Assembly (NCBI GenBank): GCA_038046765.1
Contig: JBBSVN010000010.1
Coordinates: 32,001 to 96,000, forward strand
Length of the DNA stretch: 64,000 nucleotides
From: Candidatus Micrarchaeota archaeon
GTDB lineage: Archaea; Micrarchaeota; Micrarchaeia; Anstonellales; Bilamarchaeaceae
Direction: 5' to 3'
The translations under genes were made by a program, and so were the position numbers. Shown here in pieces: positions 1-9,228 of the stretch. The notes beneath the pieces are model-generated. The model saw only the letters and a program-made list of their open reading frames with translations. It had not been told where the DNA came from and ran no database searches. The stretch's first letter is position 1. Each line of letters begins with the position of its first letter.

Positions 1-206
1 ATTATTTTATTTGGTTTAAATGAAAATTTTTCTTCAATTTCACTATCAAGTGCATAAGCATATGCCTTTTTTCTGGCTTTTATTATTGAAAGTATTGCAA
101 GCCATATGTTACCGTAGCTAAGTGAGTGAACAAGTCTTCTGATTGTTTTTAAGTCATACTCTTTTTCAAGTTTTATTTCATTTGTGCCCTTACCTTTGAT
201 TCGCAT
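1..206 (-). CDS. PadR-family winged-helix transcriptional regulator, 5' part only (runs off window)
   Basis: Manual translation from ATG at 206: MRIKGKGTNEIKLEKEYDLKTIRRLVHSLSYGNIWLAILSIIKARKKAYAYALDSEIEEKFSFKPNKI. The RL..L...NIWL.IL and YAY.L...I...F.FKP pattern matches archaeal PadR. Divergent from the membrane-protein cluster. Confidence 0.7.
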   Translation of the reverse strand, partial: MRIKGKGTNEIKLEKEYDLKTIRRLVHSLSYGNIWLAILSIIKARKKAYAYALDSEIEEKFSFKPNKI

Positions 207-267
207 GCAATTCTTATTGGTGTTAAATTTAAAAAGCTGCTATGGTATAGATTTCCATTCGGTATAG

Positions 268-1497
268 TTGAAGGTAAATTCAATGACTTTAAAATTATTT
301 TTAGTTCTATCTGTTTTAGCTATTTTCTCCACCTTGTCTTTTGCAACTATTAATCTTGATGATTTTTTCTTTAGTTTGCCACTTATAATAATTATCGTTG
401 TCATATCTTTTGCTCTTCTATATATGCTAAGCCAGATGATTAATTCTCCTGCATTAAATGCTTGGGTAAAAACAGAAATCAGGGAACTTATAATTGGTGC
501 GATACTTTTTGGGATCGTATATGTCCTCTTTTTTAGTCCAAGTGTGCTAGGAACCGGAAAGGATATTTTTGGTATAATTATTGGTAAACCAAATTACGGT
601 TCTGATGCTTCAGCATTTCTTTCTACAATGATTAATACTTATGCAAAGCAAGCATACATTGACGATCTTAAGGCATCTTATTTGATTGGTTTACAGTCTG
701 CTTATTCAACATCGCTCGCAGCGAGTTTGTTTATAATTGGGTTTAACACCGGAGGAACTCCTTACTCTGGTTACAGCGCATTTTCAACATTCTTAAGTCA
801 GGCAACATACGGTCTTACAAATGTAATTTTCATTTATTCTGCTTTAGCCGTTTTACTGGATTTCTTCCTATTTTCAATCCCAAAACTAATTTTTGTAGCA
901 TTTGCATTTAGGTTCATTCCATTTACGCGGCAGATGGGAAATACGCTAATCGCGATTATGCTTGCTGCTTATGTAGTTTTCCCATTCTCAATATTACTAG
1001 TCCAGGAACTTCATACATTAATAAGCCCATTTCCAACTCCAACAATTACGCGATTTAATGAGTTTGAATTTGGCCTTCCAGCAGGAATGAGTTTTGTTTG
1101 CAGTAAAACCACCGGAATTCCAATACGATTTATGCTTGCATTTTTTGGTGAAATCGGTTTCTCACTAGGCCCGTGTATTATTGTAGGTATCGCAACACTT
1201 GGTTATGGTTTTTGGCCATGCTTTTTGAATTTGGCAGACTGGGTTTTTCCGCTTGTAACCTCTATTGCCAGTCTTTACTTTAATGCTCAGGTTGCGCTCT
1301 CGACATTTTCCGTAAGTGATAATTCCGATGTAATATTTGCGATACTAAAACCATTTTTAATGGCAGTTAATAATCTGGTTGTAATTACTTATCTTGATCT
1401 GATAATCATTTCAACTTTGACTTATATCAGTGCAAAGAGTTTCTCCGCGGCATTAGGAGGGGAATATTTCTTACCCGCAGTTTCGAGGCTGGTCTAA
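268..1497 (+). CDS. Polytopic membrane protein, paralog 1 of 6 (CedA/VirB6-like, tentative)
   Basis: Multiple TM segments. Motifs LYML...AWVKTEIREL, FRFIPFTRQMGNTLIA..YVVFP and C-terminal SAALGGE. Start may be ATG 283. Confidence 0.75.
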   Translation: MKVNSMTLKLFLVLSVLAIFSTLSFATINLDDFFFSLPLIIIIVVISFALLYMLSQMINSPALNAWVKTEIRELIIGAILFGIVYVLFFSPSVLGTGKDIFGIIIGKPNYGSDASAFLSTMINTYAKQAYIDDLKASYLIGLQSAYSTSLAASLFIIGFNTGGTPYSGYSAFSTFLSQATYGLTNVIFIYSALAVLLDFFLFSIPKLIFVAFAFRFIPFTRQMGNTLIAIMLAAYVVFPFSILLVQELHTLISPFPTPTITRFNEFEFGLPAGMSFVCSKTTGIPIRFMLAFFGEIGFSLGPCIIVGIATLGYGFWPCFLNLADWVFPLVTSIASLYFNAQVALSTFSVSDNSDVIFAILKPFLMAVNNLVVITYLDLIIISTLTYISAKSFSAALGGEYFLPAVSRLV

Positions 1498-2609
1498 TGT
1501 CTTGCTTATGTGATTCTGCTTACTTAGAAAAAAATATGATCGCTTCAGCAAGTGACAAATTGCACAACAAAAAATTCATCTTTTTAATCGCGTTCTTTAT
1601 ATTCTCGATCTTGCCAAATCTGTCTTTTGCAGATGGCTTAACTTCATGCAGTTTAAACTACATTGATATTGCAAATAGTGGGATGGGCGCTTACATAGGC
1701 GTATCATTTATGCTTATGGTCATTTTACTTATTTTAGCATATCTATTTGGTACGATGACACAAAATGCAAATCTTCTTGCATTCTACAAAGATGAGCTTT
1801 ATCATGTATTATTTTCAGCAATACTCTTAGTGTGCATAAGCGGCATATTCTACTTTTCATGCGTTTCACTAAGTGCGTTTTTAGATTTTACACTTACCCA
1901 GCTTGGATCAAGCGCTTGTTATAGCGGTGTCGAAGCCCCTTCTACTGTTGCAAGTTGCTATTTTTCAGGTATCGAAGTCAGACTTAGAACATTTGTTTCA
2001 CAAGGGATAAAACAAAGCCTGCAAAATGAGATGGAATCAACTGTAATGCTTATGATAAATAATCCTATTACTGGTTCGACATATATGCCATTAACTGCAT
2101 ACAAAAAAGCATATGCATCTCAATTTGACATGGTTGTAAATAGCTTTGTCATGCCTGCTTTAGTGAGTATTACTATGCAAAAAACATTGATCAAAATTTC
2201 TTCCGCTCTAGTTCCGTGGCTCGTTGCTATAGCATTTTTTTTAAGGGTGTTTATGCCAACAAGACAAATGGGAAATATGCTTATTGCAGTTGGTCTTGCG
2301 CTTTATATTGTTCTTCCGACAATGTACGCAGTAAACGGTGCGATGGACGAATTGATATTTAAAGATTGCAATAGTTATAGGAGTTTAGTGGCGGATGAAG
2401 TTATGGGTGGAATTACACGAAGTGTTACTGGAACTGGTCCAAATCAGCAAGTGCAACCAGTTGTTGATGCATCAGCATGCACTTCAAACACGAGCTTTTG
2501 GATAATCGCGAGCAGCATGCCACAGGCATTTTTCCTGCCAAATTTAACTCTCGCTCTTGTAATTACCTTTATCGCAGGTATAAATAAAGCACTAAAAACA
2601 ATTGGTTGA
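1497..2609 (+). CDS. Polytopic membrane protein, paralog 2 of 6
   Basis: Motifs LAYLFG...AFYKDELYH and FLRVFMPTRQMGNMLIA..LYIVLP. TAATG overlap with paralog 1; true start may lie slightly downstream. Confidence 0.75.
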   Translation: MSCLCDSAYLEKNMIASASDKLHNKKFIFLIAFFIFSILPNLSFADGLTSCSLNYIDIANSGMGAYIGVSFMLMVILLILAYLFGTMTQNANLLAFYKDELYHVLFSAILLVCISGIFYFSCVSLSAFLDFTLTQLGSSACYSGVEAPSTVASCYFSGIEVRLRTFVSQGIKQSLQNEMESTVMLMINNPITGSTYMPLTAYKKAYASQFDMVVNSFVMPALVSITMQKTLIKISSALVPWLVAIAFFLRVFMPTRQMGNMLIAVGLALYIVLPTMYAVNGAMDELIFKDCNSYRSLVADEVMGGITRSVTGTGPNQQVQPVVDASACTSNTSFWIIASSMPQAFFLPNLTLALVITFIAGINKALKTIG

Positions 2610-2610
2610 C

Positions 2611-4893
2611 ATGAAAAAAATATTACTACTGTTATTAATTTCATTTGTGCTCTTTGCGAGTTTTACTTATGCTTTAGCTCCATCCGCAAATGTTGCAGCA
2701 GTAGATAGAGCAACTTCCAATTCTTCATTTGATCTGTTAAAAGACTGGCGTGCAATATCTCTAGCTGTAACAATGCTTGTAATTGTAATAATCGCAATCG
2801 CTTACGCTGTTGGACATGGGTTTGAAATTCCTGAATTAAAAGCATGGGCTGCAACAGAGCTCGCTCAGGCGGTCGCCACTATATTAATTATTGTTGCATT
2901 TGTAGGAGTAATTACTTTTCTTGACGGCATAACCGTTCAGATTATACAAAATTCCAATTTGCCATTTACATGTACTAATTCACAAAATTGCGCAGTACTA
3001 ACCGCAACCAGCTATTTAGATAGTTTAATCGATGTTGCAAATTCACAGGTGCTTGACCGGATAAAAGACAGCATTACAGCAGGCAGGACTGCCGGGTATA
3101 GGGGAGGAATGTATGCGACACAACTTATTTTTCCAATTCCATTATTACAAATATCCGCTTCAGGGTCTGCTGCAGCAGGTTATGTTTTAGACCTAGAGCG
3201 AAATATGCTTCTTATTGAAAACCTTGGAAACCTAATCTCTATTCTTTCATCACAGCGATTTTTTATTTCACAGATTTCATACAATGTTGCTCCAGTAATT
3301 CTTGTACTTGGTATAATTGCGCGTTCATTCTTTTTTACAAGAAAATTAGGTGGGCTTCTAATTGCGATGGCAATAGGTATTATGTATGTACTTCCGCTTA
3401 TGTATGTTGCCAATTGGATTACACTAAATATTACTCTTTTTGGAGATTCTATAATTACACCTGTTGCGCAGGATTGTCCCTTGTCATGTACTATTCTCCC
3501 GCCAAAGTTCTATTCTGGCAATCAGCCAATACAATCCAAAACAAATCTCCTTGGTTTTTATGGGATAACTACAAACCCGGCAGTTAATCAAATAAATCCC
3601 GCCATTGCTATCGCTACGCAAACTCAGTTAAATCAAATGCAGGATTTAGAAGACGGATATTTGCAAACATTAACAATTAATGGCCGAACTGCTTATTCAT
3701 GTGAAGTCGCAGCAGGCGGACCAGTTACACCAAAACAGCCTATTTTTAATGGTGTTGTTACTGGAGGTTTGCAAGATGTTATATCTGATAATTCTGATAA
3801 TTCTGATAATTCTGATACTTTTTCCTCTAATAAAAAAGTTGCATTATTTATTCCAGGAGGTTCTGGAACAGGAGGCAGCGGATCGGGAGGTTCAGGAAAC
3901 AGCAATCCATGCGGACAATGTCCTTCTAATCAAATTTGTGATAGTTCTGGGTCGCGTCCAGTTTGTGTTCCAGACCCAACTCCAAGTGGTTCTGGTATCG
4001 GTAGTTCTGGTTATTGTCCATACGCATGCAGGGAATTACCTTACCCATACAATCAACAATGTACGGGGGTCGTAGAAATAAATAATAAAAACCAAACTGC
4101 AGCACAGACAAGAACTGCATGCAGCAATTTACCTGTGGTTTGTAAAGTAATCCGTTATGTAAATCCTAAAAATCCTTACTTTGATAATGATGGAATTCCA
4201 AACACTGCTGATGATTATGTACTTGATCAATATTCTCCAAACTATCAAAGACCTGCTGGTGTTGCAGCAACTTCTTTAGTTGTACCAACATGTCCAGTGC
4301 AATGCCGAACAACTCCTCCTTTAGCAAATAACTGTATTAATAGTCAATCTGCTTCGATTACATTTAACGGTCAAACCAGAACTTATAACGGGCAATGTAC
4401 TTCTGCACAAACCTTCTGTTTGTTTACGGAAAAAGCTAATGGAGTAATTCTAGGAAATGCCCCGACTGCATGCAAAACTCCTCAGGCATCACCAGCGCAA
4501 ATGGCAAATAATTTGGCATGCGTTTCCAGTTTAGTCGCAACACAATCATGTAAATATGTAATCCCTGGAGAAAGTTTAACTGATAGTGGCATATGCGATA
4601 AATGTATTTTTGTTCCTAAAGAATTTACTTTTGATCCGCCTATTTATCAGGACTGTTCAGCAAGGTGCGGTCAAGGCAATGCCGGTCCTCCATTAATTAA
4701 TCCAGCAGAATTTTCAAGAAGAACACAGCAGTGGATGGTTGGCAGACCGGAAATTGTTTCAGTTTCAGCGCTCATGTTCCCAGCTTATGTTTTGCCACTA
4801 CTCGACATACTTGTAGTTTTAATGTTTATCCGTTCATTTTCATCAATCTTGGGTGGAGATATTGAAATCCCGGGATTAGCTAAAATATTATAA
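2611..4893 (+). CDS. Polytopic membrane protein, paralog 3 of 6, with a large Cys-rich extracellular insertion
   Basis: Motifs IAYAVG...AWAATELAQ, ARSFFFTRKLGGLLIA..MYVLP and SSILGGD. About 430 aa of Cys/Pro/Gly-rich loop before the last TM. ATG 2611 preferred over the track start of 2602. Confidence 0.78.
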   Translation: MKKILLLLLISFVLFASFTYALAPSANVAAVDRATSNSSFDLLKDWRAISLAVTMLVIVIIAIAYAVGHGFEIPELKAWAATELAQAVATILIIVAFVGVITFLDGITVQIIQNSNLPFTCTNSQNCAVLTATSYLDSLIDVANSQVLDRIKDSITAGRTAGYRGGMYATQLIFPIPLLQISASGSAAAGYVLDLERNMLLIENLGNLISILSSQRFFISQISYNVAPVILVLGIIARSFFFTRKLGGLLIAMAIGIMYVLPLMYVANWITLNITLFGDSIITPVAQDCPLSCTILPPKFYSGNQPIQSKTNLLGFYGITTNPAVNQINPAIAIATQTQLNQMQDLEDGYLQTLTINGRTAYSCEVAAGGPVTPKQPIFNGVVTGGLQDVISDNSDNSDNSDTFSSNKKVALFIPGGSGTGGSGSGGSGNSNPCGQCPSNQICDSSGSRPVCVPDPTPSGSGIGSSGYCPYACRELPYPYNQQCTGVVEINNKNQTAAQTRTACSNLPVVCKVIRYVNPKNPYFDNDGIPNTADDYVLDQYSPNYQRPAGVAATSLVVPTCPVQCRTTPPLANNCINSQSASITFNGQTRTYNGQCTSAQTFCLFTEKANGVILGNAPTACKTPQASPAQMANNLACVSSLVATQSCKYVIPGESLTDSGICDKCIFVPKEFTFDPPIYQDCSARCGQGNAGPPLINPAEFSRRTQQWMVGRPEIVSVSALMFPAYVLPLLDILVVLMFIRSFSSILGGDIEIPGLAKIL
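3784..3819 (+). repeat. 9-bp tandem repeat (TCTGATAAT)x4 encoding SDN SDN SDN SDT
   Basis: tctgataat tctgataat tctgataat tctgatact read directly. Confidence 0.9.
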
Positions 4894-4919
4894 TTGATAA
4901 ATGGTTTATGTGAACCTCT

Positions 4920-5963
4920 ATGAAAAAATTAAATTTATTTGCTTTCATTTTTGCGTTTGTTGCAATGCTCGCAATATCTACAGTTAGTTTTGCCGCCCCT
5001 CCTGCACCAAACCAATTTGACGCAAGCGGTAATTGGGTATCTACTGCTGCAATTGCCTTAATCGCAAGTGCTGCACTACTCGCCCTTATTTACATGGTCG
5101 GGCATGGGTTTGAAATAAACGAACTAAAAATGCTTGCAAACGAGGAGCTTTATCAGCTTGTTGTTACAATCGTAATCATCGGACTTCTTCTAGGAAGTAC
5201 GAGTATACTAAATTCATTCTCATCAACATTTGCCCCAAGCGGTGCTACTAATTTTCAGGATGCTGCAATTTCTGCAGTACGAGCGAATCTTGCTGATCAT
5301 CAGAGCATATATAATAATCTTAAGTCATTTAGTGTAGAGCTTGGAAAAGAATCTTCAAAAAGTTATTTTTGCAGTTTGCAAGGTGTAGGATTTTATGTAA
5401 GTCCTTGCAGTGCATTTAGCTCAATTTCGCCATCAGTTTCGCTCGCATTTCAAATTTTATCAGCTTCAATAGCTGAGTTAAATTCCCTTGACACTTTACT
5501 TAACTTTGCTAAAACTTATGGTTTTGCTGTTCTGCTTCCATTTGGAATTTTACTTCGGACATTAAAATTTACTCGGGGCGCAGGCGGATTATTTTTAGGT
5601 CTTGCAGTTTCACTTTACATTGTTCTCCCATTATTAGTTATTTTTATGGATGTCTTACTAAATCCAGCTACGGGTTATAATCCAACTGCATTTGGAATTC
5701 AGATACGTGCGCTTCCAATTCCGGAGTGCGATGAAACAAGTTTTGGCACGGTAACTGGAGGCATTTCCTATGATAATTACGATGCGGCAGTAGGTACATT
5801 CCAATCGCTTTTAAACAATGTCAAAACTTACATTTACTATGCCTTAGTTCGTGGGACAATGTTGCTTGTAGTTTCATTGTTAGGTTTCTTTTCCGCGTTT
5901 AGGGCAATTTCAAAAGTAGCAGGAGCTGAAGTTGATATATCCAGTTTGATGAGGATAAGTTAA
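4920..5963 (+). CDS. Polytopic membrane protein, paralog 4 of 6
   Basis: Signal peptide. Motifs LIYMVG...MLANEELYQ, LLRTLKFTRGAGGLFLG..LYIVLP and SKVAGAEVD. Confidence 0.78.
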   Translation: MKKLNLFAFIFAFVAMLAISTVSFAAPPAPNQFDASGNWVSTAAIALIASAALLALIYMVGHGFEINELKMLANEELYQLVVTIVIIGLLLGSTSILNSFSSTFAPSGATNFQDAAISAVRANLADHQSIYNNLKSFSVELGKESSKSYFCSLQGVGFYVSPCSAFSSISPSVSLAFQILSASIAELNSLDTLLNFAKTYGFAVLLPFGILLRTLKFTRGAGGLFLGLAVSLYIVLPLLVIFMDVLLNPATGYNPTAFGIQIRALPIPECDETSFGTVTGGISYDNYDAAVGTFQSLLNNVKTYIYYALVRGTMLLVVSLLGFFSAFRAISKVAGAEVDISSLMRIS

Positions 5964-5969
5964 TGATTA

Positions 5970-6057
5970 GCAATGAGCATTGGGCAATGGGCATTGGGCA
6001 ACGTACAGTTAGTTTCGTAGCCCACAGCTCAAGGCTCAAACGCCCAAGGCTCAAGGC
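5970..6057. repeat. Intergenic element of two opposed heptamer tandem arrays (imperfect hairpin)
   Basis: GCAATGA GCATTGG GCAATGG GCATTGG GCAACGT, then a spacer, then GCCCACA GCTCAAG GCTCAAAC GCCCAAG GCTCAAG. The arms are partly complementary (TGGGC/TGAGC with GCCCA/GCTCA). Confidence 0.8.
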
Positions 6058-6068
6058 AAAGTGATATT

Positions 6069-7202
6069 ATGGTATTAGCAAACATCTGTGCGCAAGGCGC
6101 TCAAAGTACGGTTGCATCGTTCATCTATCCATTAGTATTATCTGTTTCAGTTTTCGCAGCAATCGTAATCGGTTTAGCATACATGTTAGGTCAGTCAATA
6201 AACAATCCAAAAGTTACACTCTGGGCTAAAACAGAAGCTGTGCAATTGGTCGTTTCTGCAATTGCCGCAGTAATTATTTTACAATCCGTGGGTGTATTTT
6301 GTACAATTGATGCGATGTCAATTTATCAACTTTTTAATGTCCCGCCCCCACAAATTCCGCAGGTAGCTGGCCAGCCGCAGTCATCTATTTCGATTTATAA
6401 TGCAGCAGAACTTTATCTTGTTACGGGAGGTTCTTACGTAAAAAGTGTAGCTGATAGCGCGAGGTATCATCTTGGCGGATATAATATGCTCCAGTCATTT
6501 GGAAGAAATCTTTGTCTTGGTAGTACTACTTCACCCGTTTCTGGATTTTTAAACATAATCTTTTGTCTTTATGGAAACGGAATAATTGGTGGCGGCAGTA
6601 GCAGTGCTGGAATTGGTACTGGCACAAGTATACGTCCTGATTCTGGATACGGGTTTCTTTCAGCGGCAGTTGGTTTTGCATTTAACTCTGCACTGTTTTC
6701 TTACGTTTCTATTTTGAACTATTTATTTATTTTTAAATATATTTTTAGCGGGTTTGTTTTATTCTTTTTGCCACTAGGTATTTTCTTTAGATCATTTCCA
6801 TACCTAAGAGGATTTGGTTCATTATTGATGTCTGTTTCAATTGCGTTTCTGTTTGTTTATCCACTGATGCTTGCGTTCTTTTACATTGATATTGGAGCAA
6901 CAAATTCGATACTCGCTCCAAAGAATTCTCCAGCTTTATTATACTCATCTGATTCGCCAGGAAAAGTAGGGATTGCAGCAGTTACTGGTTTTAAAAATAG
7001 CATTTATGATGATGTGTTTGACAAACCCTCTTCAAATAATGGTGAACAAAGTTTCGAAGTTCTTAAGTTAACAGGAAATGCATTTTTAGTTGGGGTTTTT
7101 ATTCCAAGTTTAGCTCTTTTAAGTGCAGCTGCAGCAGTTTCTTATATTAACAGATTCCTAGGTGAAGAAGTAGATTTAAGTAGGATAGTTCAGATAGTTT
7201 AG
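6069..7202 (+). CDS. Polytopic membrane protein, paralog 5 of 6
   Basis: Motifs LAYMLG...LWAKTEAVQ, FFRSFPYLRGFGSLLMS..FVYP and NRFLGEEVD. Confidence 0.78.
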   Translation: MVLANICAQGAQSTVASFIYPLVLSVSVFAAIVIGLAYMLGQSINNPKVTLWAKTEAVQLVVSAIAAVIILQSVGVFCTIDAMSIYQLFNVPPPQIPQVAGQPQSSISIYNAAELYLVTGGSYVKSVADSARYHLGGYNMLQSFGRNLCLGSTTSPVSGFLNIIFCLYGNGIIGGGSSSAGIGTGTSIRPDSGYGFLSAAVGFAFNSALFSYVSILNYLFIFKYIFSGFVLFFLPLGIFFRSFPYLRGFGSLLMSVSIAFLFVYPLMLAFFYIDIGATNSILAPKNSPALLYSSDSPGKVGIAAVTGFKNSIYDDVFDKPSSNNGEQSFEVLKLTGNAFLVGVFIPSLALLSAAAAVSYINRFLGEEVDLSRIVQIV

Positions 7203-7225
7203 CAATTATAATATGTGATTTATCT

Positions 7226-8296
7226 ATGCCAAATCCAATTTGTTCCGGTTTCATGTGCAATTTCGAACCTTCTATGCTTGGGGGTTTAGCTCCCGATATG
7301 CAATGGTTTGTAATTGCCTTAACTGCCTCAATATTAATTGTAATAATTCACGCAACAATACTCGCATTTTCACGTGCGCTTAATATGAATGAACTAGAAC
7401 GCTATGCAAAATCAGAAATTTTAAATGCGGTTGCCACTTCTTTAATGGTAATATTTTTAGTTTCAACACTTGGTGCTATGGAGAGTTTTGCACTAAACTC
7501 TTTTCTTGGGTGCGGTCCTGGTGGAACTAATTGCCCAACATTAACTTGCGGGGGATCACCAGTACAAATTAGTGACCTTAAATCATCAGTTGATTTACTT
7601 AAGTGCAGACTTAGTGATAAGGCCGCTGGTTTTGCGCAAGTTCAACAACAGATTATACAAACTTCGGTAAGTGGAAATCCATTTAGTGTTTTTAACAGAT
7701 TACAATTCTATCTGGGACTAATGGGTGTGCCAATATTTTCCGGACAATACGTTACTGCATGGTTTAAGGAAGCAGAAACATATCGTTTACTTAATAGTTT
7801 TATTACTACATTTTTAATTGGTTCAAATACTTTAATTGTAGCTGCTGAATACGTAAAAAATAACATGCTTTCATTCTATCTTCCAGTTGGACTGCTACTA
7901 AGGGCATTTCCTTATACAAGAGGCATAGGTGCATTCTTTATTGCACTAGCTTTAGGGATGTACTTTGTTTATCCTGTTTTATACATAATAACTGATCCTG
8001 GGTTTGTAAAACCCAGTTACACTCCTTCACAAGCTCCTCCAGCTAGTGGCCTTTGTTACCCAACATTTAGTTCAATTAGTTTTGCGGTTTCTTCACAAAA
8101 TACTCTTTCCCCATCAGGTGGCAGTACTGATTTATCTGCTAGTGCGCTTGCTAGTGATTTATCTCAGGTTTACACATCATTATTACTTCAGCCGTTTATT
8201 GTATTTGCCATGACAATGGTGTTTGTCAGATACGCAACATACATTTTTGGTGGCGAGCCAGCCGATATTTTAAGAGCAGTTGCAAAAGTGGTTTAA
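7226..8296 (+). CDS. Polytopic membrane protein, paralog 6 of 6
   Basis: Motifs ERYAKSEILN, LLRAFPYTRGIGAFFIA..YFVYP and TYIFGGE. Confidence 0.78.
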   Translation: MPNPICSGFMCNFEPSMLGGLAPDMQWFVIALTASILIVIIHATILAFSRALNMNELERYAKSEILNAVATSLMVIFLVSTLGAMESFALNSFLGCGPGGTNCPTLTCGGSPVQISDLKSSVDLLKCRLSDKAAGFAQVQQQIIQTSVSGNPFSVFNRLQFYLGLMGVPIFSGQYVTAWFKEAETYRLLNSFITTFLIGSNTLIVAAEYVKNNMLSFYLPVGLLLRAFPYTRGIGAFFIALALGMYFVYPVLYIITDPGFVKPSYTPSQAPPASGLCYPTFSSISFAVSSQNTLSPSGGSTDLSASALASDLSQVYTSLLLQPFIVFAMTMVFVRYATYIFGGEPADILRAVAKVV

Positions 8297-8349
8297 TATG
8301 AAAAAATCAAATAAAAATAATTTGAAGGAAATCAGTTTAAGGTGTTAAA

Positions 8350-9228
8350 ATGCAGAACAATCCTTCACTATTAAGTACAGGTAAAATAAAAAACAAAATC
8401 TATATGGTAAGAGATAAACAAGTAATGCTTGATTCTGACCTTGCAGAACTTTATAATGTCCCGACTAAAGTATTAAATCAAGCGGTTAAGAGAAGCATCC
8501 AAAGATTTCCTATAGATTTTATGTTCCAAATATCAAAAAATGAATTTGAAGGTTTGAAGTCACAATTTGTGACCTCAAGTTGGGGTGGTAGAAGAAATTT
8601 ACCATACGCTTTTACAGAACAAGGGGTAGCTATGCTATCTGGAGTTTTGAAAAGTGATACTGCAATAAGGATAAGTATTGAAATAATAAACGCATTTATT
8701 CGAATGAGAAAATTTATGTTCTCAAATGCCAACATATTTTATAGATTGGACATTGTGGAAAAAAAGCAAATAGAACATGATCAAAAATTTGATCAGGTAT
8801 TTGACGCAATACAAAGTAAAGATATCAAACCTGAAAAAGGAATATTTTTCGATGGACAGATATTTGACGCATACAAATTTCTTTCAGATTTAATTAGAAC
8901 TGCTCAAACATCTTTGGTTCTAGTTGACAATTATATCGATGATTCAGTTTTGACGCTTTTTAGCAAGAGAAATAAAAATGTACAAGTTACAATATTTACT
9001 AAAGAGATTTCTAAACAATTACATCTTGACTTAACTAAATACAATTCACAGTATCCAATTATTAAAGTAGTAGAGTTTAATCAGTCTCATGATCGGTTCC
9101 TTATAATTGATAATAAAGAAGTTTACCATATCGGTGCTTCACTAAAAGATTTGGGTAAAAAATGGTTTGCATTTTCAAAGTTTGACAAAGACGTACTTAA
9201 TATACTTGATAAGCTGGCGATAAAATGA
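8350..9228 (+). CDS. ORF6N-domain DNA-binding protein with C-terminal PLD-like nuclease-fold domain
   Basis: ORF6N motifs VMLDSDLAELYNV.TK.LNQAVKR...RFP.DFMFQ and PYAFTEQGVAML. C-terminal LVDNYID and SHDRFLIID...YHIGASLKDLGKK. Confidence 0.85.
   Translation: MQNNPSLLSTGKIKNKIYMVRDKQVMLDSDLAELYNVPTKVLNQAVKRSIQRFPIDFMFQISKNEFEGLKSQFVTSSWGGRRNLPYAFTEQGVAMLSGVLKSDTAIRISIEIINAFIRMRKFMFSNANIFYRLDIVEKKQIEHDQKFDQVFDAIQSKDIKPEKGIFFDGQIFDAYKFLSDLIRTAQTSLVLVDNYIDDSVLTLFSKRNKNVQVTIFTKEISKQLHLDLTKYNSQYPIIKVVEFNQSHDRFLIIDNKEVYHIGASLKDLGKKWFAFSKFDKDVLNILDKLAIK

Noticed and set aside
5970..6057. tRNA or other known ncRNA in the GC-richer intergenic patch
   Set aside because: No cloverleaf or T-loop GTTC motif. 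The pattern is explained by heptamer arrays.
268..8296. Diversity-generating retroelement or recent tandem duplication behind the paralogs
   Set aside because: No reverse transcriptase or TR/VR pair. The paralogs share only protein motifs with no evident nucleotide repeats, so the duplications are ancient.
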